Origin: Candidatus Iainarchaeum sp.
Lineage (GTDB): Archaea; Iainarchaeota; Iainarchaeia; Iainarchaeales; VGJJ01
Direction of reading: 5' to 3'
Assembly (NCBI GenBank): GCA_043803765.1
Contig: JAZDJQ010000014.1
Location: 14,721 to 78,720 of the forward strand
DNA: 64,000 bases
Both the position numbers and the translations under genes were made by a program. Within the stretch, counting starts at the first letter, position 1. The number at the start of each line of letters is the position of its first letter. Shown here one piece after another: positions 48,140 to 57,960 of this stretch. Under the pieces are notes generated by a model. The model ran no database searches. It saw only the letters and a program-made list of their open reading frames with translations, and was not told where the DNA came from.

Positions 48140-48598
48140 TTACATCATGCTTGCGAGGAGTGCATCCATTCCTTCTGGATGAAAACCGAGCGGTCCTTTT
48201 AATGTGACTGGTTTCTTTGTCCCTTTTCTTCCGAATCCCTTTCGCGGTGCATTGAGCCGGAAAACGGGTTTGATTCCTATTTTAGATAGTGTTGTTTTCT
48301 TTTCACTCATATCGTTTGCGAGCGCGTCAAATGAACTAATCTTTTTTTCTTTCAAATAGTCAAGAGTAAGCGCCTTGTCTCCTTCAATGTGTCCTCTTTT
48401 TTGTAGAAGCTTGGTTAGTGTTTCTTTTTTCACGTTTCCGTACGCCACATAGTCTTTTACTTTTGTAAGGATTCCTTCCATTCCTTTTTCTTGGATAATC
48501 ACGCAATGGTTTTTCCTATCCAAGTTGAGTGTGGCGAGCGCGGCTTGAATATCTGCTCGCACATGCTTGAGTCCACGAATACGTATAATGGCGAACAT
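48140..48598 (-). CDS. rpl30: 50S ribosomal protein uL30
   Basis: AIIRIRG, VKDYVAYG, PVFRLNAPRKGF. Confidence 0.96.
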   Translation of the reverse strand: MFAIIRIRGLKHVRADIQAALATLNLDRKNHCVIIQEKGMEGILTKVKDYVAYGNVKKETLTKLLQKRGHIEGDKALTLDYLKEKKISSFDALANDMSEKKTTLSKIGIKPVFRLNAPRKGFGRKGTKKPVTLKGPLGFHPEGMDALLASMM

Positions 48599-49440
48599 TA
48601 TGCGTGTCCTCCTTTGGTTAGTTTAGTATGAATATCGGGGGATGCGCGCATTTGGTTTAATCGTTCTAATGCATTATAGGCTGCACGTATATAGTTGAGA
48701 CGGGTATCGCTGCTTCCAGTAGTGCGTCCCCATACGTCCGTGATTCCTGCAAACCTGAAAACGTCTTGGATTTGTTTTCCTACTACTAATCCTGTTCCTT
48801 GAGGGGCAGGAGATAATGTTACTCGTACGGAACCGCATTTTCCAGTAATTTTGAATGGCACGCTTCGTGTCGTATCGGAATAGTCTTCCCATGAGCCTGA
48901 CCCTACTCGTACGGGTATGAGATTAAGTCGTGCTACTCGTGAGGCTTTGCGTATTGCCCCGTATCGTTCCTTATCCGACCCTAGTCCTAGTCCTAAATAT
49001 TTTTTTCCATCTCCTACTAATACGTAGGCGGAGAAGTTGAAGCTTCTTCCGGCGGCACGAACATACGTTGTCTTTCGCGTATCGAGTACTTTTTCGGTTA
49101 GGTCGGGTACAAGCGTGTCAATAATCTCTGATTCTAAAATGGGGACGTTTCGTGCCCATAATTCTTCCATAGTTGAAATCTCTCCTTTTTGAACTAGTTT
49201 TCCTGCTTCGGTTTTGGGATTCCATGCTTGTAATGCGGATTGTCGATCGCGCTGTTCGCTTGTGAGTGGAGCGGAAGCTTCCATTTCTTTTAGTTGTTCA
49301 TCCGTTAAGAGTTCTTTTCTTGGTAGTTCTCCTGATCGTCCGCGTCGCATTGGGCCGCGTGAACTATTGCGTGTGTTTCCTCTTCCGAATGGTTTTCGAG
49401 GACCTCTTCCTCTAGTACTAGGTGATCGTGATCCCATCAT
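48598..49440 (-). CDS. rps5: 30S ribosomal protein uS5
   Basis: WNPKT, GSGSWE, GKCGSVRV..PAPQGTG. Confidence 0.96.
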   Translation of the reverse strand: MMGSRSPSTRGRGPRKPFGRGNTRNSSRGPMRRGRSGELPRKELLTDEQLKEMEASAPLTSEQRDRQSALQAWNPKTEAGKLVQKGEISTMEELWARNVPILESEIIDTLVPDLTEKVLDTRKTTYVRAAGRSFNFSAYVLVGDGKKYLGLGLGSDKERYGAIRKASRVARLNLIPVRVGSGSWEDYSDTTRSVPFKITGKCGSVRVTLSPAPQGTGLVVGKQIQDVFRFAGITDVWGRTTGSSDTRLNYIRAAYNALERLNQMRASPDIHTKLTKGGHA

Positions 49441-50018
49441 GCGTTTCCGCCCTCCATTATTTCTTTTTTGGCCAATTCAACCGTTTTGGTGAATGCGCGG
49501 GTATCTATTTTTTTTCCTGCGTATGTGGAGAATTGGTTCGTATTGGTTTTTGAGGATGCGTGCTGGGCAAACTCTTCTATGTGTTTTCCTGTTAATCGTC
49601 CTTCTTTTGGGAATGAGGTGGTATCGGCGTGTACGGTGACACCGGCGTCTTGTATTCCTTTTACTGCGGCAAACAATCGTGTTCCTAGAACGGGTGGCTG
49701 TACTCCTAAATCAACAATGATTTCTTTTACATCCTTTTTGAGCATTCGTTTTCCTGCAAGTAACCCGGTAAGGTAGGCGGCAGGAATATTTCCCCCGTGT
49801 CCGTTGTACGAAAACTTTCCTAATTCTTTTGTGTGGGCCGCTGCGATTATTTTGTCTTTTCCTTCGGTAGATTTGACGCATTGAATGTTCATGTGATTCG
49901 TTGATTTTCGTATCACTGCGCGTGAAAATCCGCTTTTTAGGAAAGCCAATCGTTTAGTGTAATTGGTTCTTCCTTCCGCTCGGCGTCGGAATGGTTTCAG
50001 ATAGGTGCTGGTACTCAT
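49437..50018 (-). CDS. rpl18: 50S ribosomal protein uL18
   Basis: FRRRAEGRTNY..AAYLTGLLAG. Confidence 0.96.
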   Translation of the reverse strand: MSTSTYLKPFRRRAEGRTNYTKRLAFLKSGFSRAVIRKSTNHMNIQCVKSTEGKDKIIAAAHTKELGKFSYNGHGGNIPAAYLTGLLAGKRMLKKDVKEIIVDLGVQPPVLGTRLFAAVKGIQDAGVTVHADTTSFPKEGRLTGKHIEEFAQHASSKTNTNQFSTYAGKKIDTRAFTKTVELAKKEIMEGGNA

Positions 50019-50461
50019 TTCGCTTCCCCCTGAACGGTTTGCTCTAAATGTTTCTTTCCTCTAAAGTGGTTTCCTTTTACTTGGCGATAAAGCGTGCGAT
50101 ACGTTTGGGTGACTTTTCCTTCTTTTCTTAGCTGGCGCAGTGTTTTTCGTAGTGCGCGTACTCGTGTAATCCATTGTTTTCTTGGTTTGGAGCGTGCTTT
50201 TTTTGTCCCGGTGCGTTTTCCTTTTCCTGTTTTTCTTCCCAGTCTTTTTTTTGCGTGCAGGATGCGTGCTCCTCCGCGTGAGTGGTGTTGGTCCTTTCTT
50301 TTTCGTACAATGCGTTGACTGATAAGATTGCGCACATCATCTCGTGTCATGGCTTCCGCTGCTTTGGTCATTTGGTCGGGGTCCACCCAGATTTTGGACT
50401 CTCCTACTTGCATGATTTCGGCAGCCATTCTTTTTAGTTTTCTTGGATTCATATCATTCAT
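50015..50461 (-). CDS. rpl19e: 50S ribosomal protein eL19
   Basis: KRMAA..KIWVDP, TRDDVR, YRTLYRQVKG. Confidence 0.96.
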   Translation of the reverse strand: MNDMNPRKLKRMAAEIMQVGESKIWVDPDQMTKAAEAMTRDDVRNLISQRIVRKRKDQHHSRGGARILHAKKRLGRKTGKGKRTGTKKARSKPRKQWITRVRALRKTLRQLRKEGKVTQTYRTLYRQVKGNHFRGKKHLEQTVQGEAK

Positions 50462-50465
50462 TCCT

Positions 50466-51110
50466 TTAGTTCAGTACATGGATTTTCTTCTCGTTTGCTA
50501 GTTGGATGAGTTCGATTCTCTTTTTTCTCCCAATAGTAGATGAAATTCGTGCTGCGTGAGTGGGTTGAATCATTTCGAGGTCTTTTTTTGTGTAGACCAT
50601 TATTTCACGGTAACCGGATGGGTGTATTCCTCGTGTTGCTTTGGGTGTGCGATAACCCGTGTTAACAACTGCTCCATCGTCTCGGCGTTGCTGCATGTCT
50701 TCTCCTCTTGGTTTTCTCCACTTGTCATACTTTTCATTTTTTCTCGTTCGAATATTTTTCTTTCCGAATCGTCCCCAAAATACTGGTTTCCATTTATTGG
50801 ATAATAATTCCATTATGTTTTTGGCTTCTTTTGTTTTAACTACTTTAATCTTTTTCACCCATACTGCTTTGGCTCCTTTCTTTTTGGCGGGCTTTCCTGA
50901 TAGGGCTTCGGTTTTATTTTTTTCTTCTTTTTTCTTTTTCTCTTCTTTTGTTTTAGGCACTTTTGGCAGAGTAGTCGCAGAACCACTCGTATGAATATGA
51001 GTGGTAGAAATGGGTGCCTTTCCTTCTATTTTGGTAGTTATTGGTGTCTCTTCTTTTGCGGGGGGGATTGTTTTCATGCTGGTCTTCTCGCTTTTTGTTT
51101 CGTTTGTCAT
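50466..51110 (-). CDS. rpl32e: 50S ribosomal protein eL32 with long N-terminal extension
   Basis: WRKPRG, GYRTP..RGIHPSGYRE. Confidence 0.93.
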   Translation of the reverse strand: MTNETKSEKTSMKTIPPAKEETPITTKIEGKAPISTTHIHTSGSATTLPKVPKTKEEKKKKEEKNKTEALSGKPAKKKGAKAVWVKKIKVVKTKEAKNIMELLSNKWKPVFWGRFGKKNIRTRKNEKYDKWRKPRGEDMQQRRDDGAVVNTGYRTPKATRGIHPSGYREIMVYTKKDLEMIQPTHAARISSTIGRKKRIELIQLANEKKIHVLN

Positions 51111-51655
51111 GCGGTTTCCCCCTTCTCAGTGATATAAATTCCATCTTGGAATACGCGTTGGTCCTTTTTTGTGTCCCGCGTTGCTTTTTCAAGATTGGCT
51201 GCTGTTTGGGATACTTCTTCAATATTATTTCCCGATACTGTAATCTCTTTTCCTTTTACTTCTACTTTTGTTTCTCCTATAATTAGGGATAAGCGCGGGT
51301 TTTTTTCTCCTAAATAATTGGCAATTTCCACGTGTTTTTCTTTTACTTTAATATTCATTGGAAAGTGGGAGTGAACAACTGCTAGTTTGTATTTGAATCC
51401 TTTTTCTAGTCCTGTAATGAGATTTCGTATGTGTGCGGCATGGGAACGCATTGTTGCAATAGTGAATCGTCTTTTGTTGAGCGGAGTTATCGTGATGGTG
51501 TTCCCCTCGCTTCTAAGTGTGACTTCGGGGGCGACTAGTTTTTTGGATACATTTTTCCCATTTTTGGTGAGCGTGAGGACTCCTCGTTCATAGGCGGGAG
51601 TGATTCCGGCTGGAATCGTTACTTTTTCGACTGTTCTTTCTGCCATAATAATCAA
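51107..51655 (-). CDS. rpl6: 50S ribosomal protein uL6
   Basis: HSHFPM, NYLGEK, DQRVFQDGIYI. Confidence 0.96.
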   Translation of the reverse strand: MIIMAERTVEKVTIPAGITPAYERGVLTLTKNGKNVSKKLVAPEVTLRSEGNTITITPLNKRRFTIATMRSHAAHIRNLITGLEKGFKYKLAVVHSHFPMNIKVKEKHVEIANYLGEKNPRLSLIIGETKVEVKGKEITVSGNNIEEVSQTAANLEKATRDTKKDQRVFQDGIYITEKGETA

Positions 51656-51672
51656 CTTCTTAGGGTATGTTT

Positions 51673-52065
51673 TTAGTAGATGTAGGCGAGTAGCCTTCCT
51701 CCTATTGATTTTTCCTTGCTTTCGGCGTGAGTCATCACTCCTTGGGAAGTGGACACGATAATCGTTCCAATGTCCCGTGCAGGGAGGAATCTTTTTTCAT
51801 ACCTTTCAAAGTCATCCTTTTTGACGGCATAGCGTGGCTTGATAGCCGCCACCTTGTTTATTTTTCCCTGTAATCCTACAGTATAGAACGTCTTGTGTCG
51901 TTCTTTCACTACTTCGAAATCGGCAATATATCCTTTTTCTTTCATGACGCGAAGTATCTCGTGAATGAGTTTGCTTCCCGGTTTTACGATAACTTTCCGT
52001 TTGGAGGCGTTCTCGCTATTTTGGATGCTGACCAGCGCGTCTGCGATTGGATCGATTTGGCTCAT
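51673..52065 (-). CDS. rps8: 30S ribosomal protein uS8
   Basis: DPIADAL, IVSTSQGVMTH..GGRLLAYIY. Confidence 0.97.
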   Translation of the reverse strand: MSQIDPIADALVSIQNSENASKRKVIVKPGSKLIHEILRVMKEKGYIADFEVVKERHKTFYTVGLQGKINKVAAIKPRYAVKKDDFERYEKRFLPARDIGTIIVSTSQGVMTHAESKEKSIGGRLLAYIY

Positions 52066-52082
52066 GTTTTTTCACACCTCCA

Positions 52083-52277
52083 TTAGCTATACTTCTTAAA
52101 TCCCATCATGGGAGCGAATTCCTTGAAACATCGCCTGCACAAGTTAATGCCATATTTGTGGACCATTCCCTTGTTGTTGTGACAGTTCAAGCAGTATGCG
52201 TTTCTTCCCGTCTTGGGTCTCTTTTTTTGTTGGGCTTTCATTTTGGCTTTGTTTTCGTTTATCATATGTTTGCTCAA
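52083..52277 (-). CDS. rps14: 30S ribosomal protein uS14
   Basis: CLNC..KYGINLCRRCFKE..GFKKY. Confidence 0.96.
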   Translation of the reverse strand: MSKHMINENKAKMKAQQKKRPKTGRNAYCLNCHNNKGMVHKYGINLCRRCFKEFAPMMGFKKYS

Positions 52278-52283
52278 CTTCCT

Positions 52284-52823
52284 TTACATTTTCTCCATTA
52301 CTTTCACGTTGAAATTTTCCTGCATGTAGGCAATCGACTCGTCTCGTGTGATGCGGTGATGTATTCCTACTTTTGCAGGACGTAATCGTCTTTTCTTTAC
52401 ACGAAAACCCGGCCTTTCAAGTGTTACCAGTACATCAAACCCTCGAATTCCAAGTTTAGGGTCATATTTTGTTCCGGGTAAGTCAATGTATTCTTTAATT
52501 CCAAACCCCACGTTTCCATTTTTGTCAAAGTATCGTTTAAGGAGCGTGTTTTCCTTTGCTTGGAGTGCATTCTTGAGGAAGTTTTTTGCTTTTTCTTTGC
52601 GCAGGGTTACTTTTACTCCAATGGGTAGTCCTTCACGAATTCCCCATGTTGGAATTTTAACTTTGCATTTGGTCTGCACAGGTAATCCTCCTGTGATTTT
52701 TTTGAGAATCTCCCCTGCTTTTTGTAACGGTTCCCCTGTTTGTCCTACTCCCATGTTTACAGTTACTTTTTCTAATCGTATTCCTCGCATGGGATTGGTT
52801 TTCTTTTCTTTTCCGGTTGTCAT
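52284..52823 (-). CDS. rpl5: 50S ribosomal protein uL5
   Basis: NPMR..KVTVNMGVG, FGIKEYID..YDP. Confidence 0.97.
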   Translation of the reverse strand: MTTGKEKKTNPMRGIRLEKVTVNMGVGQTGEPLQKAGEILKKITGGLPVQTKCKVKIPTWGIREGLPIGVKVTLRKEKAKNFLKNALQAKENTLLKRYFDKNGNVGFGIKEYIDLPGTKYDPKLGIRGFDVLVTLERPGFRVKKRRLRPAKVGIHHRITRDESIAYMQENFNVKVMEKM

Positions 52824-53560
52824 GCTGTCTTCTCTCCTTCCATGTGAGTCTTAATCCATTCAGCCGTTTCATCATCAATCATCATGACATTTTTTGTAGT
52901 GGTTTGAAATGTTGTCTCTCCTTCTGACAAATCAACAAGTGCATCGCGTTTCATTGTTCCTTTGATTACGTGGGTGATTTTGGCTATTTCTCCTACGTGT
53001 GTTCCGCCAATAATGAATACGCGCCCTCCTTTCTTGAATGAAAGATGCCCTTCTACTTGTTGAGCGTCTGTTTTCACTAAAACGGAGTCTCCTACATTCA
53101 CTTCTTTTGGAACATTTTCGTATGTTTTTCCATCGTGTGTCTGGATGATTGTTTTTCCTTTCGCCACGATTTTCTTCCGGATTACCTTAACGGGTTTTAC
53201 TAGTGTTGAATGAGTGAGTTCGTGCACGGTCATTCTTCCATAGGTATCAAGGGATAGTCGGTATGTTTTCTTGGTCGCGGGTACCATAATCGTGTCAAAT
53301 AAGCCAACTGGAAACTGGTATTCTTTGCGTGGTTTTCCTTCTACGATGATTGCTCCTCGTGCAAGCAGTTGTTTTGTTTCGTGCATTGTTTTGGATAATG
53401 CCAGCATGTCTCGGACGAGCATTCCGAGTGGAATGCTTGTCTTCGTTGTATGCGTGCCGGGCATTGTTTTGATAGCCCATACGTGTGTCTTCCGTTTCAG
53501 GTAACGAATAGGGTTTGCGGCCACGCGTTTTTGTCGATTAAGATGTCCTTTTTTTGCCAT
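52820..53560 (-). CDS. rps4e: 30S ribosomal protein eS4
   Basis: PGTH..SIPL..RDML, FPVGLFD, THDG, IGGTHVG. Confidence 0.96.
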   Translation of the reverse strand: MAKKGHLNRQKRVAANPIRYLKRKTHVWAIKTMPGTHTTKTSIPLGMLVRDMLALSKTMHETKQLLARGAIIVEGKPRKEYQFPVGLFDTIMVPATKKTYRLSLDTYGRMTVHELTHSTLVKPVKVIRKKIVAKGKTIIQTHDGKTYENVPKEVNVGDSVLVKTDAQQVEGHLSFKKGGRVFIIGGTHVGEIAKITHVIKGTMKRDALVDLSEGETTFQTTTKNVMMIDDETAEWIKTHMEGEKTA

Positions 53561-53566
53561 GCTTCG

Positions 53567-53974
53567 TCACTCCTTTTTTTCTTCTCCCTTTGTTTGTTTA
53601 GCGTCTTCTTTCGCTGTTGGGATTTCTTTCCCTTTTCGTTTGAATCGTTTCTTGTCTTTTGTTTCTATTCCCGTAATGAGCACGTTGCTTGGTTTGAATG
53701 CGATGAATGCTTCTTTTCCATCTGTTTTCTTGCGCATAATTCCTTGAATGAATAATTTGTTTCGGGCATAATCTACTTGCGTGATGTTTCCTGTCTTTCC
53801 TTTGTAATCTCCCCGCGTGACTTTTACCGTGTCCCCTACTCGTACAGTAGTTGTGCGTTTTCCATATTTGGAACGCAGTTCTTTTGCGAGTGAAGCGCTC
53901 ATTAATTTCCTTTGAGTGCGTAAATCGGCATGGTAGATAGCCAATCGTTGTTTTCCGGGGTTGCGTGTGACCAT
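53567..53974 (-). CDS. rpl24: 50S ribosomal protein uL24
   Basis: PGKQR, VRVGDTVKVTRGDYKG. Confidence 0.96.
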   Translation of the reverse strand: MVTRNPGKQRLAIYHADLRTQRKLMSASLAKELRSKYGKRTTTVRVGDTVKVTRGDYKGKTGNITQVDYARNKLFIQGIMRKKTDGKEAFIAFKPSNVLITGIETKDKKRFKRKGKEIPTAKEDAKQTKGEEKKE

Positions 53975-53987
53975 TATGTTTCTCTCC

Positions 53988-54386
53988 TTATACGATTCCT
54001 GCGGATATTCCCGCAATTTTGGGAAAGCGTTCCCCTACTTCTTTGGCGATAACACCTTTCACTTCGGACGCTTTGGGCAGTCCTTTATCATCTACTAATA
54101 CAACGGCGTTATCTTCAAATTTGATGCGTGTTCCGTCTGGGCGCTTGTATTCTTTTTTTACTCGTACGATTACTGCGCGTTCTACTTTGCTTCGGATGGC
54201 AGGTTTTCCTGTTTTCACCACGATATTCACCATGTCCCCAATTCCTGCAGATGGCTGCATTCTTTTTCGTGCCGTGTGGCGGAAAACGGAGATGATTTCG
54301 ACTTCTTTTGCTCCGGAGTTATCCGTGCAGAAGCAGCGGGATTTCTTCGTCAGGCCTTTTGTTACGGATGCGCTGATGGCTTTCAT
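53988..54386 (-). CDS. rpl14: 50S ribosomal protein uL14
   Basis: DNSGAK, RPDGTRIKFEDNA. Confidence 0.97.
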   Translation of the reverse strand: MKAISASVTKGLTKKSRCFCTDNSGAKEVEIISVFRHTARKRMQPSAGIGDMVNIVVKTGKPAIRSKVERAVIVRVKKEYKRPDGTRIKFEDNAVVLVDDKGLPKASEVKGVIAKEVGERFPKIAGISAGIV

Positions 54387-54769
54387 TCGGATTCCTCCGC
54401 TTTGGCTTCTTCTTTAGCGTGTTTCAATTTCGTTCCTTCTTTCATTTCTTCGTGTTCCGGTTCACTTTGGGAGTGGCCGAGTATTTCGGTGATAACGAAT
54501 GCTTTGGTCTTGCTTATTTTTCGTGTTTCTCCAATGCGTACAATATCATTTTCTTTTGCATTAATCCATTCGGGATTGTGGGCATGGACGCGGGAGCGGA
54601 GCTTCTTGTAGCGCTCGTACTTGGATACATATACCACGATTTCTCTTTCAACGGTTACAGTCTTGGGTGCTTTTGCACTTATGACTTTTCCTACGAGTGA
54701 GTTGCCCCGTACAGGATAGTATTTTCCATTTCCTGATGTTTGAGTAGTTGTTTTCGTTTTTTTAGGCAT
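54383..54769 (-). CDS. rps17: 30S ribosomal protein uS17
   Basis: KYERY..HAHNP..GETRKISKTK. Confidence 0.96.
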   Translation of the reverse strand: MPKKTKTTTQTSGNGKYYPVRGNSLVGKVISAKAPKTVTVEREIVVYVSKYERYKKLRSRVHAHNPEWINAKENDIVRIGETRKISKTKAFVITEILGHSQSEPEHEEMKEGTKLKHAKEEAKAEESE

Positions 54770-55064
54770 AGAGTGTATTCCCCCCGTTCTTGAGTCGTTC
54801 GATGGGTGTGTACAGCATTTTTTTTCCTTCGAGTATTACTTGTTCGTTTCCCAGTGTGAATGCAAATGTGTTTTCGTTCTTTGGAATGGTCTTTATTCCA
54901 TTTGTTGTTTCAATGGAGAATGTTCGTTGTGTCTCATCAACGATGATTCCATTAACTCCTTTTTTGGATGCATCCGTGCTTTTTTCTATTTTTACGGCAA
55001 GTCCGATGAGTTCGTGGATGGGAAGTCTTTCCCTTGTTATCGTGTATTTTTCTGTTTTAATCAT
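54762..55064 (-). CDS. rnp1: RNase P protein component 1 (Rpp29)
   Basis: HELIGL..GIIVDET..IPK; conserved operon position. Confidence 0.93.
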   Translation of the reverse strand: MIKTEKYTITRERLPIHELIGLAVKIEKSTDASKKGVNGIIVDETQRTFSIETTNGIKTIPKNENTFAFTLGNEQVILEGKKMLYTPIERLKNGGNTLYA

Positions 55065-55356
55065 GGATTGAATTCTCCTTGAACCCTTCTTGGATGAGTA
55101 TTTTTTTTACTTCGATTCGGTGGTTTCCCTGCAATTCGATTTTCCCGTTTTGGATTGTTCCTCCGCACGCGAGTTTGGTTTTCAGGGTTTTAGCCACTTC
55201 TTTTGCAATGTCCGCATCCAGGCCTTCGACGATGGTGATGTATTTTCTAAACCTTCGTTGTTCGGTCCGAATTGTTATTTTTTGGTTTTCCTTTGCAATC
55301 TGTCCGCAAACACAGATGTTTTTAGGCAGGCCACATGTGGCGCACATTGTTTCCAT
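55057..55356 (-). CDS. Translation initiation factor aIF1 (SUI1)
   Basis: CGLPKNICVC, LKTKLACGGT..IELQGNH. Confidence 0.95.
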   Translation of the reverse strand: METMCATCGLPKNICVCGQIAKENQKITIRTEQRRFRKYITIVEGLDADIAKEVAKTLKTKLACGGTIQNGKIELQGNHRIEVKKILIQEGFKENSIHD

Positions 55357-55358
55357 CC

Positions 55359-55580
55359 CTAGTTTTTCACCTCATTCGTTTTTTTTATTTCGTCCGCACG
55401 ATTAAACGTGTGAATACGTGCAATATGTCTCCGGATATTCCGTGCTTTTCCCGGGCTCTCGGGCCGAGTATTAGTTGATTTGACTGCATTCTCTGCTGCG
55501 AGCTCATTCTTGAGTTCCGTGAGTTTTCGTATGCGTTCGTTCACGCTCATTTTTCGGAGGTCATTCAGTTTCTTGTTCAT
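55359..55580 (-). CDS. rpl29: 50S ribosomal protein uL29
   Basis: LRKMS..PGKARNIRRHIARIHT. Confidence 0.93.
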   Translation of the reverse strand: MNKKLNDLRKMSVNERIRKLTELKNELAAENAVKSTNTRPESPGKARNIRRHIARIHTFNRADEIKKTNEVKN

Positions 55581-56332
55581 GATGCGTCCTCTGTTTTGTT
55601 TTCAGTAATGGGAATTTCTTCAATGATTGTTTGCTCGATTTTTTTAGCCGTTTCTTCTACAACGTTGGGAGTGATAACAACTGTTTTTCCTTCTGATGGT
55701 GTGATGGTTTCAGCAGCACTTGTTTTTCTATCAGCAAAAGTCTGTTTCATGTCAATCTTATCCGGGAAGAATACTCCGGGTCGGATGATTCGTACGATTA
55801 CTCCAATTGCCCCTACTTTTGGATAGGTGGTTACCTTGGCTTGGTCCACTAATTGCACTTGGTCTCCCACTTTTTTCATATATCCTTTGGCGAATCGTAC
55901 TTGGCGTTTTCGACCGCCTTTTCCTGCCAGTTTTCCCGAGAGAACGATTTCAACCCCAACGGCTCCGGCACGTTCAATGTCTTGTAATGTTCTGAATGCT
56001 ACGCTTCTCCATGCGAATCCTCGTTCAATCATGCTTTTCATTTTGTCGGCGACACTCTTCGCATCCAAGTCGGGTTGTGTGATTTCCTTTATTTCGATCT
56101 GGGGGTTATCTACTCCGTACTGGCTTGAAATGGTTTCAGTGAGAGAACGGATATTTTGCCCTCCTTTTCCAATAGCTAATCCGGGCCGGGAAACGTTCAC
56201 TACAATGCGTGTAACAAGGGGGGTTTTGACCATTTCGAATCCTGTAAAACCTGCACGGTTGAGTTCTTTCTTCAAATATTGATGAAGCTGTACCTTTTTG
56301 AGGGATTGCTTCACAAAATGTTTCTCATTCAT
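55577..56332 (-). CDS. rps3: 30S ribosomal protein uS3
   Basis: RPGLAIGKGG KH domain, GVEIVLSGKL. Confidence 0.97.
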   Translation of the reverse strand: MNEKHFVKQSLKKVQLHQYLKKELNRAGFTGFEMVKTPLVTRIVVNVSRPGLAIGKGGQNIRSLTETISSQYGVDNPQIEIKEITQPDLDAKSVADKMKSMIERGFAWRSVAFRTLQDIERAGAVGVEIVLSGKLAGKGGRKRQVRFAKGYMKKVGDQVQLVDQAKVTTYPKVGAIGVIVRIIRPGVFFPDKIDMKQTFADRKTSAAETITPSEGKTVVITPNVVEETAKKIEQTIIEEIPITENKTEDAS

Positions 56333-56805
56333 GTTCTTACCTCCCTCACGATGACTTCAATGTGCGTGCTCTTTGCTTTGCGTGATTTTCCTGAAATGCG
56401 TCCCTGTGCTTGATTGGTTGTGCGTTGAAATCCTTGGTTGGCGGTTGCATGAATCACGCGTAATTTTTTAACGTCGAGTCCTTTCACATCGGCGTTGGCG
56501 CGCACCGTGTTAAGCAAGTTTAACCATACTTGGCATGCACGTTGAGGGTAGCGTCCTGCTTTTACTCCGCTTACTGCGTTTCCCCTTCGGTGCGGAACCT
56601 TCTTATTGTATGTTCTCAATGGGAGGGGTATTTTTTGCTCGATAACATTGTGCAGGAATAATTCTCCATCCTGAATGAGTTTTCCCTTTAATGCGCGTGA
56701 TATTTCAATGCTGTATTTCAAACTGGCAGGTTGATTCGTTGAATACGCGCGTGCCATTCGGGAGTCGTCCCATTTTCCAAGATAGTTATAGGTTGTTTTG
56801 ACCAT
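56329..56805 (-). CDS. rpl22: 50S ribosomal protein uL22
   Basis: HRRG..GRYP, NADVKGLD, THIEV. Confidence 0.96.
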   Translation of the reverse strand: MVKTTYNYLGKWDDSRMARAYSTNQPASLKYSIEISRALKGKLIQDGELFLHNVIEQKIPLPLRTYNKKVPHRRGNAVSGVKAGRYPQRACQVWLNLLNTVRANADVKGLDVKKLRVIHATANQGFQRTTNQAQGRISGKSRKAKSTHIEVIVREVRT

Positions 56806-56817
56806 GTTGATTCACCT

Positions 56818-57219
56818 TTACTTTGCCGTCACCGCGGAGCTGCTCTTGGTGCTTCCTAATCCTGCTTTTCCGTGCCGGACTTGCTTCCGTGTTAAGACAT
56901 ATTCTCCAAGGCGGTGGCCCATCATTTCGGGTTGTATTTCAAATTGTTCGAATGAGTTTCCTTTGTATACGGCCATCTTTAGTCCTACCATTATTGGCAT
57001 AATAACAAATTGTCTCAAATGCGTTTTAATTGGCTTGGTTTGGGGTTTTCCTTCTTTGATTTGTGTATGAATAGTGGTTATTTTTTCTAATAGGTGCGCA
57101 TTCACTCCTCTTTCGAGTGAGCGTCGTGAACGTGCACTTGTTAGTTTGGCAAACTCTTCTATTTTCATTTGCTGCAACTCTCCGATGCTTTTTCCCATGT
57201 AGGTGTATTCTTTTGCCAT
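56818..57219 (-). CDS. rps19: 30S ribosomal protein uS19
   Basis: IKTHLR, PEMMGHRLGE, GSTKSS. Confidence 0.97.
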   Translation of the reverse strand: MAKEYTYMGKSIGELQQMKIEEFAKLTSARSRRSLERGVNAHLLEKITTIHTQIKEGKPQTKPIKTHLRQFVIMPIMVGLKMAVYKGNSFEQFEIQPEMMGHRLGEYVLTRKQVRHGKAGLGSTKSSSAVTAK

Positions 57220-57233
57220 TCGTTTTCACTCCG

Positions 57234-57959
57234 TCAGTTCTTCTTTTTCCTTCCTGTTCGCTTGGACGCAATAGCACCTACCTTTCGTCCAGCCGGTGCA
57301 CTTCGTGCCGTGGACTTGGACTTTCCGGGGTGGTGCTGGCTTCCACCAAATGGATGAGCGTTGGGGTTCATGGCCACACCGCGTACAATGGAATGGTATT
57401 TTTTCTTTGCTTTTTTTGCGTGGTGTTTCTTTCCTGCTTTTACAAATGGTTTGTCCACGCGTGTCCCGCAGGATACGCTTCCAATGGTAGCACGTGCATC
57501 GGGATGCACGCGAATCGTTTTGGTACTTGGAAGTTTAATGAGAACGTTTCGTGCTTCTTTTGTGACGACTAATCCAAATACGCCGGAGCCTCGTACGAGT
57601 TTTCCCCCATCTCCCGGTCGTATTTCTACATTGAATACGGGGGCGCCTTCTGGAATGTATTTTACGGGGAGAATATTTCCTATTTCGATGCGTGCATCTT
57701 TTCCTAATTCTACTCGTTGTCCAATGTAGATTCCTTCTGCGGCGAAATTGTACATCGTTTGATTATTCTCTAATGTGATGCGTGCCAATGCTGCTGTTTT
57801 CGTTGGGTCGTTCACGATATCCACCACTTGTCCAATGATTTTTCCTTCTCGCTGTGCTTCGTTGAATGGTGAATACTCTACATCGGCTACCCCGTGAAAG
57901 CTGGCGCGAAAACGATTGCTTCCTTTTCCTCTTCGTTGAAGGATGAGTCGTTTACCCAT
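57234..57959 (-). CDS. rpl2: 50S ribosomal protein uL2
   Basis: QRRGKG, PGDGGK, VRGVAMNPNAHPFGG. Confidence 0.98.
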   Translation of the reverse strand: MGKRLILQRRGKGSNRFRASFHGVADVEYSPFNEAQREGKIIGQVVDIVNDPTKTAALARITLENNQTMYNFAAEGIYIGQRVELGKDARIEIGNILPVKYIPEGAPVFNVEIRPGDGGKLVRGSGVFGLVVTKEARNVLIKLPSTKTIRVHPDARATIGSVSCGTRVDKPFVKAGKKHHAKKAKKKYHSIVRGVAMNPNAHPFGGSQHHPGKSKSTARSAPAGRKVGAIASKRTGRKKKN

Positions 57960-57960
57960 G